Of a DNA stretch of 64,000 bases, positions 1-9,039 are shown piece by piece. The position numbers were made by a program, and so were the translations under genes. Position 1 is the first letter of the stretch. Each line of letters begins with the position of its first letter. This DNA comes from an uncultured Gemmatimonadales bacterium (GTDB lineage Bacteria > Gemmatimonadota > Gemmatimonadetes > Gemmatimonadales > GWC2-71-9): positions 727,184 to 791,183 of the forward strand of contig CAWGRU010000004.1 of assembly GCA_963825065.1 (NCBI GenBank), written 5' to 3'. Under the pieces are notes generated by a model. That model was not told the DNA's origin. It made no database searches and saw only the letters and a list, made by a program, of their open reading frames with translations.

Positions 1-1
1 C

Positions 2-1111
2 ATGCAGATGAGCAATGGTTGGAATTTCTCGTTCGCCGGCAACGTCAACATCTTCGCGCAGTACCAGTCCCAGTCCTCCAGCGGCAACACCCCGACGGGC
101 GGCGTGGCCGTCCTCGTCGGCCCTGGCAAGAACCAAGCGTTCTACTATGGCACCGGTCTGCTGCCGGCGTTCGCGACCTTCACCGCGAGCGGCAAGGAAG
201 GGAACACCGACCTCGGCGCCCACTTCGGCTTCGCGCCAGAGGTGCAGTGCGGCGGCGGGAACCACGACTGCTTCGGCGCCCAGATCGACATGCGTCAGGT
301 CTACCTGACCGTCGGCGGCAGCTGGGGCATGATCACCGCCGGTAAGGAGTTGGGCATCTATCAGCGCGGCAACATCCTGAACGACCAGACCCTGTTCGGC
401 GTCGGCGGACCGAACCAGCTCGGTGGGAACCTCGCCCCCGGCGGGACCACCCTCGGCCGCATCGGCTACGGCTATGTGTATCCGAACTTCGTCGCCCAGA
501 TGACCTACAGCACCCCGGCCGGCAGGCCGGGCTCGCTCTCCATCGGCTTGGTGGATCCGAGCACCTTCGGCCCATACAGCGTCCACAATACGCCGCGCGT
601 CGAGGCTGAGGGCAGCTACAAGAGCGGCAATATCACCGTCTTCGCGAGCGGTGAGGTCCAGAACAGCAAGACCGCCCCGAGCGGTGGTACCAGCAAGACT
701 TCGTGGGGCGGCGCTGGTGGTGTGACCTACAAGACGAGCACCTTCTCGGTCCACGGCTCGGGCTACTACGGCCGCGGCATCGGCACGACCCTCATGTTCG
801 GCCCCCTGGGTGATGACGGCTCCGGCCTGACCAAGAGCTACGGCTACTTTGGCCAGATCACCGTCACGCCAGCGGGCAGCAAGGTGACCATCGCCGGCAG
901 CTACGGCTCGAGCAACCTGAAGCCCTCGTCGAGCTCGGTCAGCAACCAGCGGCTGGAAAACGCCCTCATTTCGGGTGGCATTTACTACCAGGCCACCAAG
1001 TCACTCAAGACCGTGTTTGAAGGCGACTATGCTTGGAGCGAGATCCACAAGAGCGCCTTCAAGAAGAACAAGTCGTTCACCGGCGCGTTCGGCCTGATGC
1101 TGTTCTACTAA
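2..1111 (+). CDS. porin-like outer-membrane beta-barrel protein (N-terminus probably outside window)
   Basis: 369-aa ORF at the window edge with no signal peptide. It has a Gly/Ser/Thr/Tyr/Asn-rich alternating beta-strand pattern and a C-terminal ...GLMLFY aromatic end typical of OM barrels. A hairpin terminator follows. Confidence 0.6.
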   Translation: MQMSNGWNFSFAGNVNIFAQYQSQSSSGNTPTGGVAVLVGPGKNQAFYYGTGLLPAFATFTASGKEGNTDLGAHFGFAPEVQCGGGNHDCFGAQIDMRQVYLTVGGSWGMITAGKELGIYQRGNILNDQTLFGVGGPNQLGGNLAPGGTTLGRIGYGYVYPNFVAQMTYSTPAGRPGSLSIGLVDPSTFGPYSVHNTPRVEAEGSYKSGNITVFASGEVQNSKTAPSGGTSKTSWGGAGGVTYKTSTFSVHGSGYYGRGIGTTLMFGPLGDDGSGLTKSYGYFGQITVTPAGSKVTIAGSYGSSNLKPSSSSVSNQRLENALISGGIYYQATKSLKTVFEGDYAWSEIHKSAFKKNKSFTGAFGLMLFY

Positions 1112-1173
1112 GCCTCCCTGGATGATCGGTCAGGGCTCGCCCTGATCGTCCCCGGCCGGAAGCTGGTACAGTC

Positions 1174-1203
1174 GGCCTCCCCCATGGGGAGGCCGTTCTG
1201 TTT
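1174..1203 (+). terminator. rho-independent terminator after porin gene
   Basis: GGCCTCCCC-cat-GGGGAGGCC, a 9-bp perfect stem (1174-1194), followed by gttctgttt. Confidence 0.55.
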
Positions 1204-1280
1204 CCCCCCGTCCGTCTCCCGGCTCCCCTCGGCCGGGTGTAGATTGTCGGCTCCCTTTCAGCCTCTGCTGAGGATCCCTC

Positions 1281-1697
1281 GTGATGCCTCGTTCCTCCCT
1301 GCTCCTGCTGGTCGCCGCGCTAGCCGGTTGCGCCGGCACACTGTACTCCCTTTCCAAGGCGGCTTCCACCGCCGCCCCCGACGACGCCTACACCTGCATG
1401 ACTGATCAGCTCAAGCGGCTCGGATACCAGCGAAGGAACTACGATCCGCAGGAGCGGTGGTACGTCGGCCAGAAGTCGGATCCGGCCGCTCGGCTGGCGG
1501 ACGTGCGCTTCCGCCAGCGGGTCAACCGGCTCGACATCCGGGTCCGGCCCGATGCCAGCGGGAATTCCGGCATCGTGCTCAAGGCCCAGACGTTCGATCA
1601 GTTCGACAATCAGCAGGGGCTCGCCGAGACCGAGATCCCGGCATCGAACCAGGTCAAGCTGGACGCCCAGGCGCTGATCGAGGCCTGCGGCAAGTAG
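1281..1697 (+). CDS. hypothetical lipoprotein
   Basis: 138-aa ORF with N-terminal MMPRSSLLLLVAALAGC (signal peptide plus lipobox LAGC). GAGGA lies 8 nt upstream. Confidence 0.6.
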   Translation: MMPRSSLLLLVAALAGCAGTLYSLSKAASTAAPDDAYTCMTDQLKRLGYQRRNYDPQERWYVGQKSDPAARLADVRFRQRVNRLDIRVRPDASGNSGIVLKAQTFDQFDNQQGLAETEIPASNQVKLDAQALIEACGK

Positions 1698-1841
1698 CGC
1701 GACTGGGTCGTTCGATCGCGACCAGGGGTCGCGGCGGCGGGGCGGCCACTTCGGTCGCCCCGCCGCGCTTCGATGCCCGCCGCCCCCTCCAGGAACCGCA
1801 CCCCCGGGCGAGCCTGGAAGGGCATCGGTCGAAGGCCCCAG

Positions 1842-1859
1842 TTCAACCAAATGGTTGAA
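1842..1859. promoter_or_regulatory. 18-bp perfect palindrome TTCAACCA-AA-TGGTTGAA upstream of lipA (candidate operator)
   Basis: Read directly from the sequence. It sits in a locally AT-richer patch about 90 nt upstream of the lipA start and about 41 nt upstream of a TAGCTTG -10-like element at 1900-1906. Confidence 0.35.
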
Positions 1860-1948
1860 AAATCCGGCCTCCCCTATGGCCCGCTTCATCACCCGGCACT
1901 AGCTTGCGGTCGCACTTCATGTCCGGTCCACCCCACGGAGTTCTCGGC

Positions 1949-3007
1949 ATGGCAGCACCGCTGGTCCAGCTCACTCGCGGCACGCCGTCCCCGGAAGACC
2001 CGACTCCGGCGGTCCCGGGCCCGTTCGTTCGGAAGCCTTCCTGGCTGAAGGTGAAAGCTCCGGGAGGCGAGAACTACATCCGCCTCAAGGGGATGATGCG
2101 GGAGCTCGGCCTCCATACGGTGTGTGAGGAGGCGCGCTGCCCGAACATCGGCGAGTGCTGGGAGCACCAGGCCGCGACCTTCATGATCCTAGGCGATGTG
2201 TGCACCCGGAACTGCGCCTACTGCGCCGTCGCCCACGGCACCCCGGCTGCCTACGACCCCGTCGAGCCGATCCGGCTGGCCGAGGCGGTCCAGCGGATGG
2301 GACTGCAGCATGTGGTCATCACCTCCGTTGATCGCGACGACCTGCCCAACGGCGGCGCCGAGGCGTTCGCCGGCTGCGTCACCGAGATCCGGGCCCGGCT
2401 CCCCGGGACCACAGTCGAAGTGCTGATCCCCGACTTCAAGGGCTCCGAGCCGGCCCTGCAGATCGTCATGGATTCCCAGCCGGCCATCCTTAATCACAAC
2501 CTCGAGACCAGCGAGCGGCTCTACCGGCTGGCCCGGCCGGGGGGCCGCTACGACCGCGCCCTGCAGCTGCTCGCGAACGCCCGGCGGATGCACCCTGATG
2601 GCCTGACCAAGTCAGGGATCATCCTGGGCATGGGCGAGGAGTGGGACGAGGTGTTGACCTGCATGCGCGATCTCCGCCAGAGCGACGTCAACATCCTCAC
2701 CCTCGGCCAGTACCTCCGGCCCACCGAAAGCCACCTGCCGATCGCCCGGTACTACACCCCTGGAGAGTTCGCGGAGCTGGAAGCGATCGGCATGGCCATG
2801 GGATTCACCCACGTGCAGGCGAGCCCGCTCACGCGCTCGTCGTATCACGCGTGGGAGCAGGTGGATTCGGCGACTCGGCGGCTCGGCGACCGGGGACCCT
2901 CCGAGGGCGCACCCGCGCGACCCGAGGGCGAGGCAGTCCTGCAGGGCGGCGCGGCCGCAGGCAGCATCGATCGAGTCGCCCAGTCGCCCAGTCACCGAGC
3001 CGACTGA
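1949..3007 (+). CDS. lipA: lipoyl synthase (radical SAM)
   Basis: Motifs CEEARCPNIGECW and CTRNCAYCAV (two Fe-S Cys clusters), plus SSYHA near the end. The start is placed at ATG 1949 (MAAPLVQ...) and alternatives at 1904 and 1919 are possible. There is a C-terminal extension of about 45 aa. Confidence 0.9.
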   Translation: MAAPLVQLTRGTPSPEDPTPAVPGPFVRKPSWLKVKAPGGENYIRLKGMMRELGLHTVCEEARCPNIGECWEHQAATFMILGDVCTRNCAYCAVAHGTPAAYDPVEPIRLAEAVQRMGLQHVVITSVDRDDLPNGGAEAFAGCVTEIRARLPGTTVEVLIPDFKGSEPALQIVMDSQPAILNHNLETSERLYRLARPGGRYDRALQLLANARRMHPDGLTKSGIILGMGEEWDEVLTCMRDLRQSDVNILTLGQYLRPTESHLPIARYYTPGEFAELEAIGMAMGFTHVQASPLTRSSYHAWEQVDSATRRLGDRGPSEGAPARPEGEAVLQGGAAAGSIDRVAQSPSHRAD

Positions 3008-3015
3008 GGAGACCG

Positions 3016-4032
3016 ATGGCCACGACCAGAGCCGGGCGCAAGACCGACACCAAGCTGGCCGAGAAGTACCGCTTCTATCTCCGGCAGATGCTGCTCATCC
3101 GCCGGTTCGAGGAGAAGGCGGGCGAGGCCTACAGCCTGGGCAAGATCGGGGGCTTCTGTCACCTCTACATCGGCCAGGAAGCAGTGGGGGTGGGCTGCAT
3201 CTCGCAGCTCAGGCCTGATGACTACATCACGACCACCTACCGGGACCACGGGCAGGCGCTGGCGCGCGGCATGCCGGCGCGCACCGTGATGGCCGAACTG
3301 TTCGGCAAGGCGGCGGGGTGTTCCCACGGCAAGGGCGGGTCGATGCACCTGTTCGACGCCTCCCTGGGGTTCCTCGGCGGTCACGGCATCGTCGGCGGAC
3401 ACATACCGCTCGCCACGGGTATCGGCTTCGCCATCAAGTACCGGGAGCAGGACCAGGTCTCGATCTGCTTCTTCGGCGAGGCGGCCATCAACAACGGCGC
3501 CTTTCACGAGGCGCTCAACATGGCGGGAGTCTGGAAGCTGCCCTGCATCTTCATCTGCGAGAACAACCGCTACGGCATGGGCACGGCGCTCGACCGCGCG
3601 ACGGCCACCTGGAACATCTCCGAGCGCGCCGCTTCCTACGACATGGCGCGCGAGGTGGTGGACGGCCAGGACCTCGGCGAGGTGATGGCCGCGATGGACC
3701 GGGCTGTGGTGCGGGCGCGCCGGCCGGCCCAGCCGACGCTGCTGGAGATCCGGACCTATCGCTTCGTGGGGCATTCGATGTCGGACCCGATCCATGGGCA
3801 CTATCGCACCAAGGAGGAGGTCGAGGCGCACCGCAAGCGGGACCCGATCCTGATCTGGGGCGAGCGACTCAAGTCCGAAGGGCTGATCGACGACGCGGGG
3901 ATCGAGCAGCTGGACGCCGAGGTCAAGGCCGAGGTGCAGGACGCCTACGAGTTCGCGGACCAGAGTCCGGAACCCGAGCCGGGGGAGCTGTATACCGACG
4001 TCTACGCGCCGGTCGGGGAGATCACGCCATGA
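3016..4032 (+). CDS. pdhA: pyruvate dehydrogenase E1 alpha subunit (ThDP-dependent)
   Basis: MATTRAGRK...YRFYLRQMLLIRRFEEKAGEAY...GFCHLYIGQEAV...FFGEAAINNGAFHEALNMA...YRFVGHSMSDP. GAGGAG RBS before ATG 3016. The longer ORF from 2641 overlaps lipA and is rejected. Confidence 0.9.
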   Translation: MATTRAGRKTDTKLAEKYRFYLRQMLLIRRFEEKAGEAYSLGKIGGFCHLYIGQEAVGVGCISQLRPDDYITTTYRDHGQALARGMPARTVMAELFGKAAGCSHGKGGSMHLFDASLGFLGGHGIVGGHIPLATGIGFAIKYREQDQVSICFFGEAAINNGAFHEALNMAGVWKLPCIFICENNRYGMGTALDRATATWNISERAASYDMAREVVDGQDLGEVMAAMDRAVVRARRPAQPTLLEIRTYRFVGHSMSDPIHGHYRTKEEVEAHRKRDPILIWGERLKSEGLIDDAGIEQLDAEVKAEVQDAYEFADQSPEPEPGELYTDVYAPVGEITP

Positions 4033-4093
4033 GATCCCTCGCTCTGCTTAGGATGACGACCGGCCCACTGGTGCCGACGGGAGGAGGTCGCTG

Positions 4094-5074
4094 ATGCCGG
4101 TCGTCTCCTACCGCGATGCGCTGAACGCCGCCCTCCGCGAAGAGATGGCCCGCGATCCGAACGTCTTCCTGATGGGCGAGGAGGTCGGCGTCTACCAGGG
4201 TGCCTACAAGGTGAGCCGGGGCCTGCTCGAGGAGTTCGGGCCCAACCGCATCGTGGACACGCCGATCACCGAGCTCGGCTTTGCGGGCGTTGGGGTGGGC
4301 GCCGCGATGGTGGGGCTGCGGCCGATCATCGAATTCATGACCTGGAACTTCGCCCTGCTGGCAATCGACCAGATCATCAATGCCGCCGCGAAGATGCGCT
4401 ACATGTCCGGAGGACAGGTGGGCGTCCCTATCGTCTTCCGCGGCCCGGCGGGGGCCGCGCTGCAGCTCGGCGCCCAGCACTCGCAGTGTTTCGAATCGAT
4501 GTACGCTCACATCCCCGGCCTGAAGGTGGTCATGCCCGCCACGCCGGCCGATGCGAAGGGACTGCTGAAGAGCGCCATCCGCGATGACGATCCGATCGTC
4601 TTCATGGAGGGCGAGATGCTCTACAATACGAAGGGCGAGGTGCCGGAAGGCGAGCACGTCGTCCCGATCGGCAAGGCGGAGGTGAAGCGGACGGGGGAAC
4701 ATGTCACCCTCATCTGCTATTCCAAGACGGTCGCCGCCTGTCTCAAGGCGGCCGAACAGCTCGAGGCGGATGGGGTGTCCGCCGAAGTGCTGGATCTGCG
4801 GACCATCCGCCCGCTCGACCTCGAGGCGATCTTCACCTCGGTCTCCAAGACCCACCGCGCGGTGATGGCGGAAGAGGGGTGGTACTTCGCGGGGGCGGGC
4901 GCACAGGTGGTGGACGAGATTCAGCGGGGGATCTTCGACGAGCTGGACGCACCGGTGCTCAGGGTGACCGGGGCCGACGTTCCGATGCCCTACAACAAAT
5001 ACCTGGAGAAGGCGGCAAAGGCCTCGCCGGAGAAGATCGTCTCGGCGGCGAAGAAGGTCCTCTACCTCGAGTAG
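4094..5074 (+). CDS. pdhB: pyruvate dehydrogenase E1 beta subunit
   Basis: 326 aa: ...FLMGEEVGVYQGAYKVSRGLLEEFGPNRIVDTPITE.... GGAGGAGG RBS. Confidence 0.95.
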   Translation: MPVVSYRDALNAALREEMARDPNVFLMGEEVGVYQGAYKVSRGLLEEFGPNRIVDTPITELGFAGVGVGAAMVGLRPIIEFMTWNFALLAIDQIINAAAKMRYMSGGQVGVPIVFRGPAGAALQLGAQHSQCFESMYAHIPGLKVVMPATPADAKGLLKSAIRDDDPIVFMEGEMLYNTKGEVPEGEHVVPIGKAEVKRTGEHVTLICYSKTVAACLKAAEQLEADGVSAEVLDLRTIRPLDLEAIFTSVSKTHRAVMAEEGWYFAGAGAQVVDEIQRGIFDELDAPVLRVTGADVPMPYNKYLEKAAKASPEKIVSAAKKVLYLE

Positions 5075-5077
5075 GTC

Positions 5078-6352
5078 ATGGCAACCAAAGTCCTCATGGA
5101 GGCGCTCTCCCCGACGATGGAGGAGGGTCGCCTCGTCGAATGGAAGAAGCAGGAGGGCGACGCGGTCGCCGCGGGAGAGATCCTGGCCGAGGTGGAAACC
5201 GACAAGGCCGTCATGGACCTCACCGCGCGGGCCGCAGGTGTGCTGCTCAGACAGGCGATCCCCGCCGGCACCACGGTGCCGGTCGGGCAACTGGTCGGCG
5301 TAATCGGTGCCAAGGGCGAGGACATCGCGACGATTGTCGGGGCCGCCTCCACGAAGGGGGCCGCACCCGCGACCAGGCCAACACCCCCTGCCGCACCGAC
5401 GCCCGCATCCGCACCGGTGGCCGACCCGGCGCCGGTCCCGTCCCCACCGGTCGCCGCAACCGTCACAGTTCCGGCGGGGGATGGCCGGGTGAAGGCGTCT
5501 CCGCTCGCACGGAAGATCGCGGCGGACACCGGCGTTGACCTCAGCAGGGTGCGAGGATCGGGCCCCGAGGGCCGGATCATCGTGCGCGATCTCGCGAACC
5601 CTGCCGCTGCAGCGTCTCGTCCGGCGGCAGCAGTCGCGAGCGCGGGCGGCGAGGCGATCGTCGGCTTCACCGACGTCTCTCTGACCCAGATCCGCAAGAC
5701 GATCGCCAAGCGGCTGGCGCAGTCGATCGGCCCCGTGCCGACGTTCTACCTCACCACCGAGGTGGACATGGAGCGGGTGGCCGTGGCGCGCGAGGCGCTC
5801 AACGCGCGGGCCGAGGCCGAAAAGCGCCCCAAGGTGAGCTTCAACGACATCATCATCAAGGCCACGGCGCTCGCGCTGCGACAGCACCCCGCCTGCAACG
5901 CCTGGTGGCTGGACGACCGAATCCGCTACTGGAACGAGATTCACGTGAGCATGGCGGTGGCGGTCGAGGATGGGCTGATCACGCCGATCATCCGTCACGC
6001 AGACCGCAAGTCGCTGCGGGAGATCGGGGCCGAAGCGAAGGACCTGGCGGGCCGGGCGCGAGAGCGGCGGCTCATGCCGGAGGAGTACACCGGCGGGACC
6101 TTCTCGGTGTCCAACCTCGGCATGTTCGAGATCGATCAGTTTACCGCGGTGATCAATCCCCCCGAGGCTGGCATCCTGGCGATCGGCAGCATCGTGGCCA
6201 AGCCCGTCGCCGAGGCTGACCGGGTTGTGGTCCGGCGCCGGATGCGGATCACGATGTCGTGCGACCATCGCGTCATTGACGGAGCAACTGGCGCGGCGTT
6301 CCTGAAGACCCTCAAGCAGATGCTGGAGAACCCGCTGGCGCTCGTGTGGTAG
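5078..6352 (+). CDS. pdhC: dihydrolipoamide acetyltransferase (E2)
   Basis: Lipoyl domain (EVETDKAVMDL), an Ala/Pro linker, an E3-binding domain (ASPLARKIAADTGVDLSRVRGSGPEGRI) and the catalytic motif DHRVIDGA. Confidence 0.9.
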   Translation: MATKVLMEALSPTMEEGRLVEWKKQEGDAVAAGEILAEVETDKAVMDLTARAAGVLLRQAIPAGTTVPVGQLVGVIGAKGEDIATIVGAASTKGAAPATRPTPPAAPTPASAPVADPAPVPSPPVAATVTVPAGDGRVKASPLARKIAADTGVDLSRVRGSGPEGRIIVRDLANPAAAASRPAAAVASAGGEAIVGFTDVSLTQIRKTIAKRLAQSIGPVPTFYLTTEVDMERVAVAREALNARAEAEKRPKVSFNDIIIKATALALRQHPACNAWWLDDRIRYWNEIHVSMAVAVEDGLITPIIRHADRKSLREIGAEAKDLAGRARERRLMPEEYTGGTFSVSNLGMFEIDQFTAVINPPEAGILAIGSIVAKPVAEADRVVVRRRMRITMSCDHRVIDGATGAAFLKTLKQMLENPLALVW

Positions 6353-6383
6353 CCTGATCCGACCATCGATCCGGGGGTGTGAG

Positions 6384-7022
6384 ATGACGCGACGGGACAA
6401 GCTGGTGCTGGGGATGCTGCTGTTCGCGCTCACCGCGCCTCTTGGCGCGGCGCACGCCCAGAAGCGGGTGCACTTCGGCGTCGAGGGAGGGATCAACTTC
6501 GCCACCTGGCACGGCTCGGACGTGGGCAGCGGCGCCAAGCGACGGACCGGCGTCCACGCGGGCGCGACGGTGATGACGAAGCTCAACCAGGCCTTCACAC
6601 TCCGCAGCGGCGTGCGCTACTCGCAGGAGGGCACCGGCGCCGACCTCGGCGCCGGGGTGACCGGGTCGATCAAGGTCGACTACCTCAGGATTCCGCTCTA
6701 CCTCGAAGCCGCCACAACCCTCCGGGGCACGACGCCGATCCGGCCGTTTCTCTATGCCGGCCCCAGCCTCGGCTTCAAGGTGAGGTGCCGAGTCGCCGCG
6801 CAGTCCGGGGGGCAGAGCGCCGAGGTCGATTGCGACGATCCCACCCTGGGACTGCGGATCAAGGGGACCGACCTCGGCCTGGATTTCGGTGCCGGCGTAG
6901 GCATCGGCCATTTCACACTGGGCGGACGCTACCAGTATGGCATCCGCTCGGTCGATGATTCCGGGGGTAACGCCGACGTGAAGAACTCCACCTTCGCCCT
7001 GTCGGCGGGATACAGCTTCTGA
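6384..7022 (+). CDS. small outer-membrane beta-barrel protein (OMP_b-brl-like)
   Basis: 212 aa with signal peptide ...APLGAAHAQ, alternating beta-strand pattern and a C-terminal ...SAGYSF. It sits between E2 and lpd. Confidence 0.7.
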   Translation: MTRRDKLVLGMLLFALTAPLGAAHAQKRVHFGVEGGINFATWHGSDVGSGAKRRTGVHAGATVMTKLNQAFTLRSGVRYSQEGTGADLGAGVTGSIKVDYLRIPLYLEAATTLRGTTPIRPFLYAGPSLGFKVRCRVAAQSGGQSAEVDCDDPTLGLRIKGTDLGLDFGAGVGIGHFTLGGRYQYGIRSVDDSGGNADVKNSTFALSAGYSF

Positions 7023-7071
7023 TCCGGCCGGGACCGGATCGGGCAGTGGCAAACCTGACGCGCGCAGAGAA

Positions 7072-8496
7072 GTGTGCGCCAACGCTCAACTCGGGGATAC
7101 CGTGGCAACCTTCGACGTAATCATCCTGGGCGGCGGGCCCGCCGGCTATGTCTGCGCGATCCGTGCGGCGCAACTGGGCCTCAGCACGGCCGTCGTCGAG
7201 AAGGACAAGCTTGGCGGGGTCTGCGTGAACATCGGCTGCATTCCGACCAAGGCCCTGCTGCACAGCTCGCGGGTCGCCAACATCGTGGCCCACGAGGCCA
7301 AGGACCTGGGCATCCAGGTCGGCGAGGTGAAGACCGACTACGGTGTCGCCATGAAGCGCTCGCGCAAGGTGGCCGAGCAGAACTCGAGGGGCGTCGAGTT
7401 CCTGATGAAGAAGCACAAGGTGACGGTGCTCAAGGGGGAGGGCAGTCTGCTCGCGGGCCGGAAGGTGAAAGTGGGCGGGGACACCCATGAGGCGAAGAAA
7501 GCGATCGTGATCGCGACCGGGTCACGGGTCAAGGGGATCCCCCAGATCGGGCTGGAGATCGACAAGACCACGGTGATCAGCTCCGATGAGGCGCTGTTCC
7601 TCGAGAAGACCCCGGCCAGCCTCGCGATCATCGGCGCCGGAGCGGTCGGGTGCGAATTCGCCGACATCTTCAGCTCCTTCGGCGCCAAGGTGACGCTCAT
7701 CGAGGCCCTGCCCCGGATCCTGCCGATCGAGGATGCGGAGGCCTCGGACGCGGTGGCGAAGAGCTTCAAGAAACGCGGGATCGACGTGATCGCCGGCGCC
7801 ACGGTGGTGCAGGCCGATGTGGCGAAGGACAAGGTGGTGCTGACGCTCGAGGTGGCCGGCAAGCGGATGCCGGTGGAGGCGGAAAAGGTCCTGATGGCCG
7901 CGGGGCGGGCGGTGAACACGGAGAACATGGGGTTCAAGGAAGCCGGGGTGCAGCTCACCGACCGCGGGTGGGTGAAGGTGAACCTCGCCACCCTCGAGAC
8001 CACCGCGCCCGGGATCTATTGCATCGGAGACGTAGCGGGCCCCCCGATGCTCGCCCACAAGGGGAGCCGCGAGGGGATCGTCGTCGCGGAGCTGATCGCC
8101 GGCCACAAGCCCCACGCCATCCGGTACGACAACATCCCGTCGGTCACCTACTGCCACCCCGAGGTGGCGAGCATCGGCCTGACCGAGGACCAGTGCAAGG
8201 AGAAGAAGCTCGACTACCAGGTCGGCCGCTTTCCGTTCAGCGCCAACGGCCGGGCCCGCGCCACCAATGAGACCGAAGGGTTCGTGAAGATCATCCGGGA
8301 CAAGAAGTACGGGGAGATCCTCGGGGCGCACATCGTCGGCGGCCACGCCTCCGAGATGATCCACGAGCTCGCGGTGGCGAGAGAGAACGAGTACACCGTC
8401 GAGGAAGTGGATCTCGCAGTGCACGCCCACCCGACCCTGTCGGAGGCGATCGCCGAGGCAGCGCTCGATTCGATGGGGCGGGTGATACACATCTAG
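7072..8496 (+). CDS. lpdA: dihydrolipoyl dehydrogenase (E3)
   Basis: FDVIILGGGPAGY, the redox-active CVNIGCIPTK, and HAHPTLSE. The true start may be GTG at about 7102. Confidence 0.9.
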   Translation: MCANAQLGDTVATFDVIILGGGPAGYVCAIRAAQLGLSTAVVEKDKLGGVCVNIGCIPTKALLHSSRVANIVAHEAKDLGIQVGEVKTDYGVAMKRSRKVAEQNSRGVEFLMKKHKVTVLKGEGSLLAGRKVKVGGDTHEAKKAIVIATGSRVKGIPQIGLEIDKTTVISSDEALFLEKTPASLAIIGAGAVGCEFADIFSSFGAKVTLIEALPRILPIEDAEASDAVAKSFKKRGIDVIAGATVVQADVAKDKVVLTLEVAGKRMPVEAEKVLMAAGRAVNTENMGFKEAGVQLTDRGWVKVNLATLETTAPGIYCIGDVAGPPMLAHKGSREGIVVAELIAGHKPHAIRYDNIPSVTYCHPEVASIGLTEDQCKEKKLDYQVGRFPFSANGRARATNETEGFVKIIRDKKYGEILGAHIVGGHASEMIHELAVARENEYTVEEVDLAVHAHPTLSEAIAEAALDSMGRVIHI

Positions 8497-8501
8497 AAGT
8501 T

Positions 8502-8560
8502 CCGAGTTCCGAGTACCGAGGCCCTGCCCCTCACCGGGATACCCGGTACTCGGAACTCGG
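8502..8560. repeat. 17-bp perfect inverted repeat (CCGAGTTCCGAGTACCG ... CGGTACTCGGAACTCGG), 25-nt spacer
   Basis: Read directly. It begins 6 nt after the lpd stop codon. The arms also contain the direct sub-repeat (T/A)CCGAG. It is a likely terminator or attenuator hairpin without a T-tract. Confidence 0.5.
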
Positions 8561-9039
8561 TGCCCGGTACCCAGAACCCTTCACGAAGCCGACGACTCGT
8601 GACCGTTGAACTCTCCCCGACCGGCGAACCGGCCGCTCCGGGTCATGTGGGCGTGGCCTTTCGCGCGATGAGCTTCGGGGTCTGCTTCGGGCTTGGGGTC
8701 ACTGCGGCCGTGCTCTGGGTGGTGCGAACCGTGCAGCTCTCTACGCCCACCCCCGTGGACGCGAAGCCCTCCGAACTGGTCGTCAACCTCCTGCTACTCG
8801 CCTGGCTCGGTGGTGCGGCGCTCGCCTCCGTCGCGAGCTTCTCCCTCATGCAGCCCCTCACCTCGCTGTACCGTCGGGGTGGTCTCTCGATGGTGGCGGG
8901 CTTCGCCACGATGGTGGTGAGCTTCGTGACCCAGCCGGTCGATGCCGCCCTCGGCCGCGGCGGGCTGCTCGGGCTCACCGGCCTCACCACCCTGCTCTGC
9001 CTGCTCGTGGCCCGTTCGATCATCCGGAGGCGCGAGTGA
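8560..9039 (+). CDS. hypothetical membrane protein
   Basis: 159-aa ORF with 3-4 hydrophobic segments. Its stop overlaps the lipB start (GTGA). The start is uncertain. Confidence 0.4.
   Translation: MPGTQNPSRSRRLVTVELSPTGEPAAPGHVGVAFRAMSFGVCFGLGVTAAVLWVVRTVQLSTPTPVDAKPSELVVNLLLLAWLGGAALASVASFSLMQPLTSLYRRGGLSMVAGFATMVVSFVTQPVDAALGRGGLLGLTGLTTLLCLLVARSIIRRRE

Noticed and set aside
2641-3015. N-terminal 125-aa extension of the pdhA ORF
   Set aside because: It overlaps the lipA coding region in another frame and its sequence is Arg/Pro junk. A GAGGAG RBS and the conserved E1-alpha N-terminus begin at ATG 3016.
4022-6598. 858-aa ORF on the minus strand
   Set aside because: It lies antisense to pdhB and E2, and its product is Arg/His/Gly/Asp-rich with no motifs. 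It is a typical stop-poor shadow frame of a high-GC3 gene. The plus-strand genes carry unambiguous PDH motifs.
7043-7062. Sigma-54-like element TGGCAAacctgacGCgcg upstream of lpd (GG-N10-GC spacing is correct)
   Set aside because: The -12 block is ACGC rather than TTGC, and the -24 block is TGGCAA rather than TGGCAC. No enhancer-binding-protein gene is nearby. The match is too weak.
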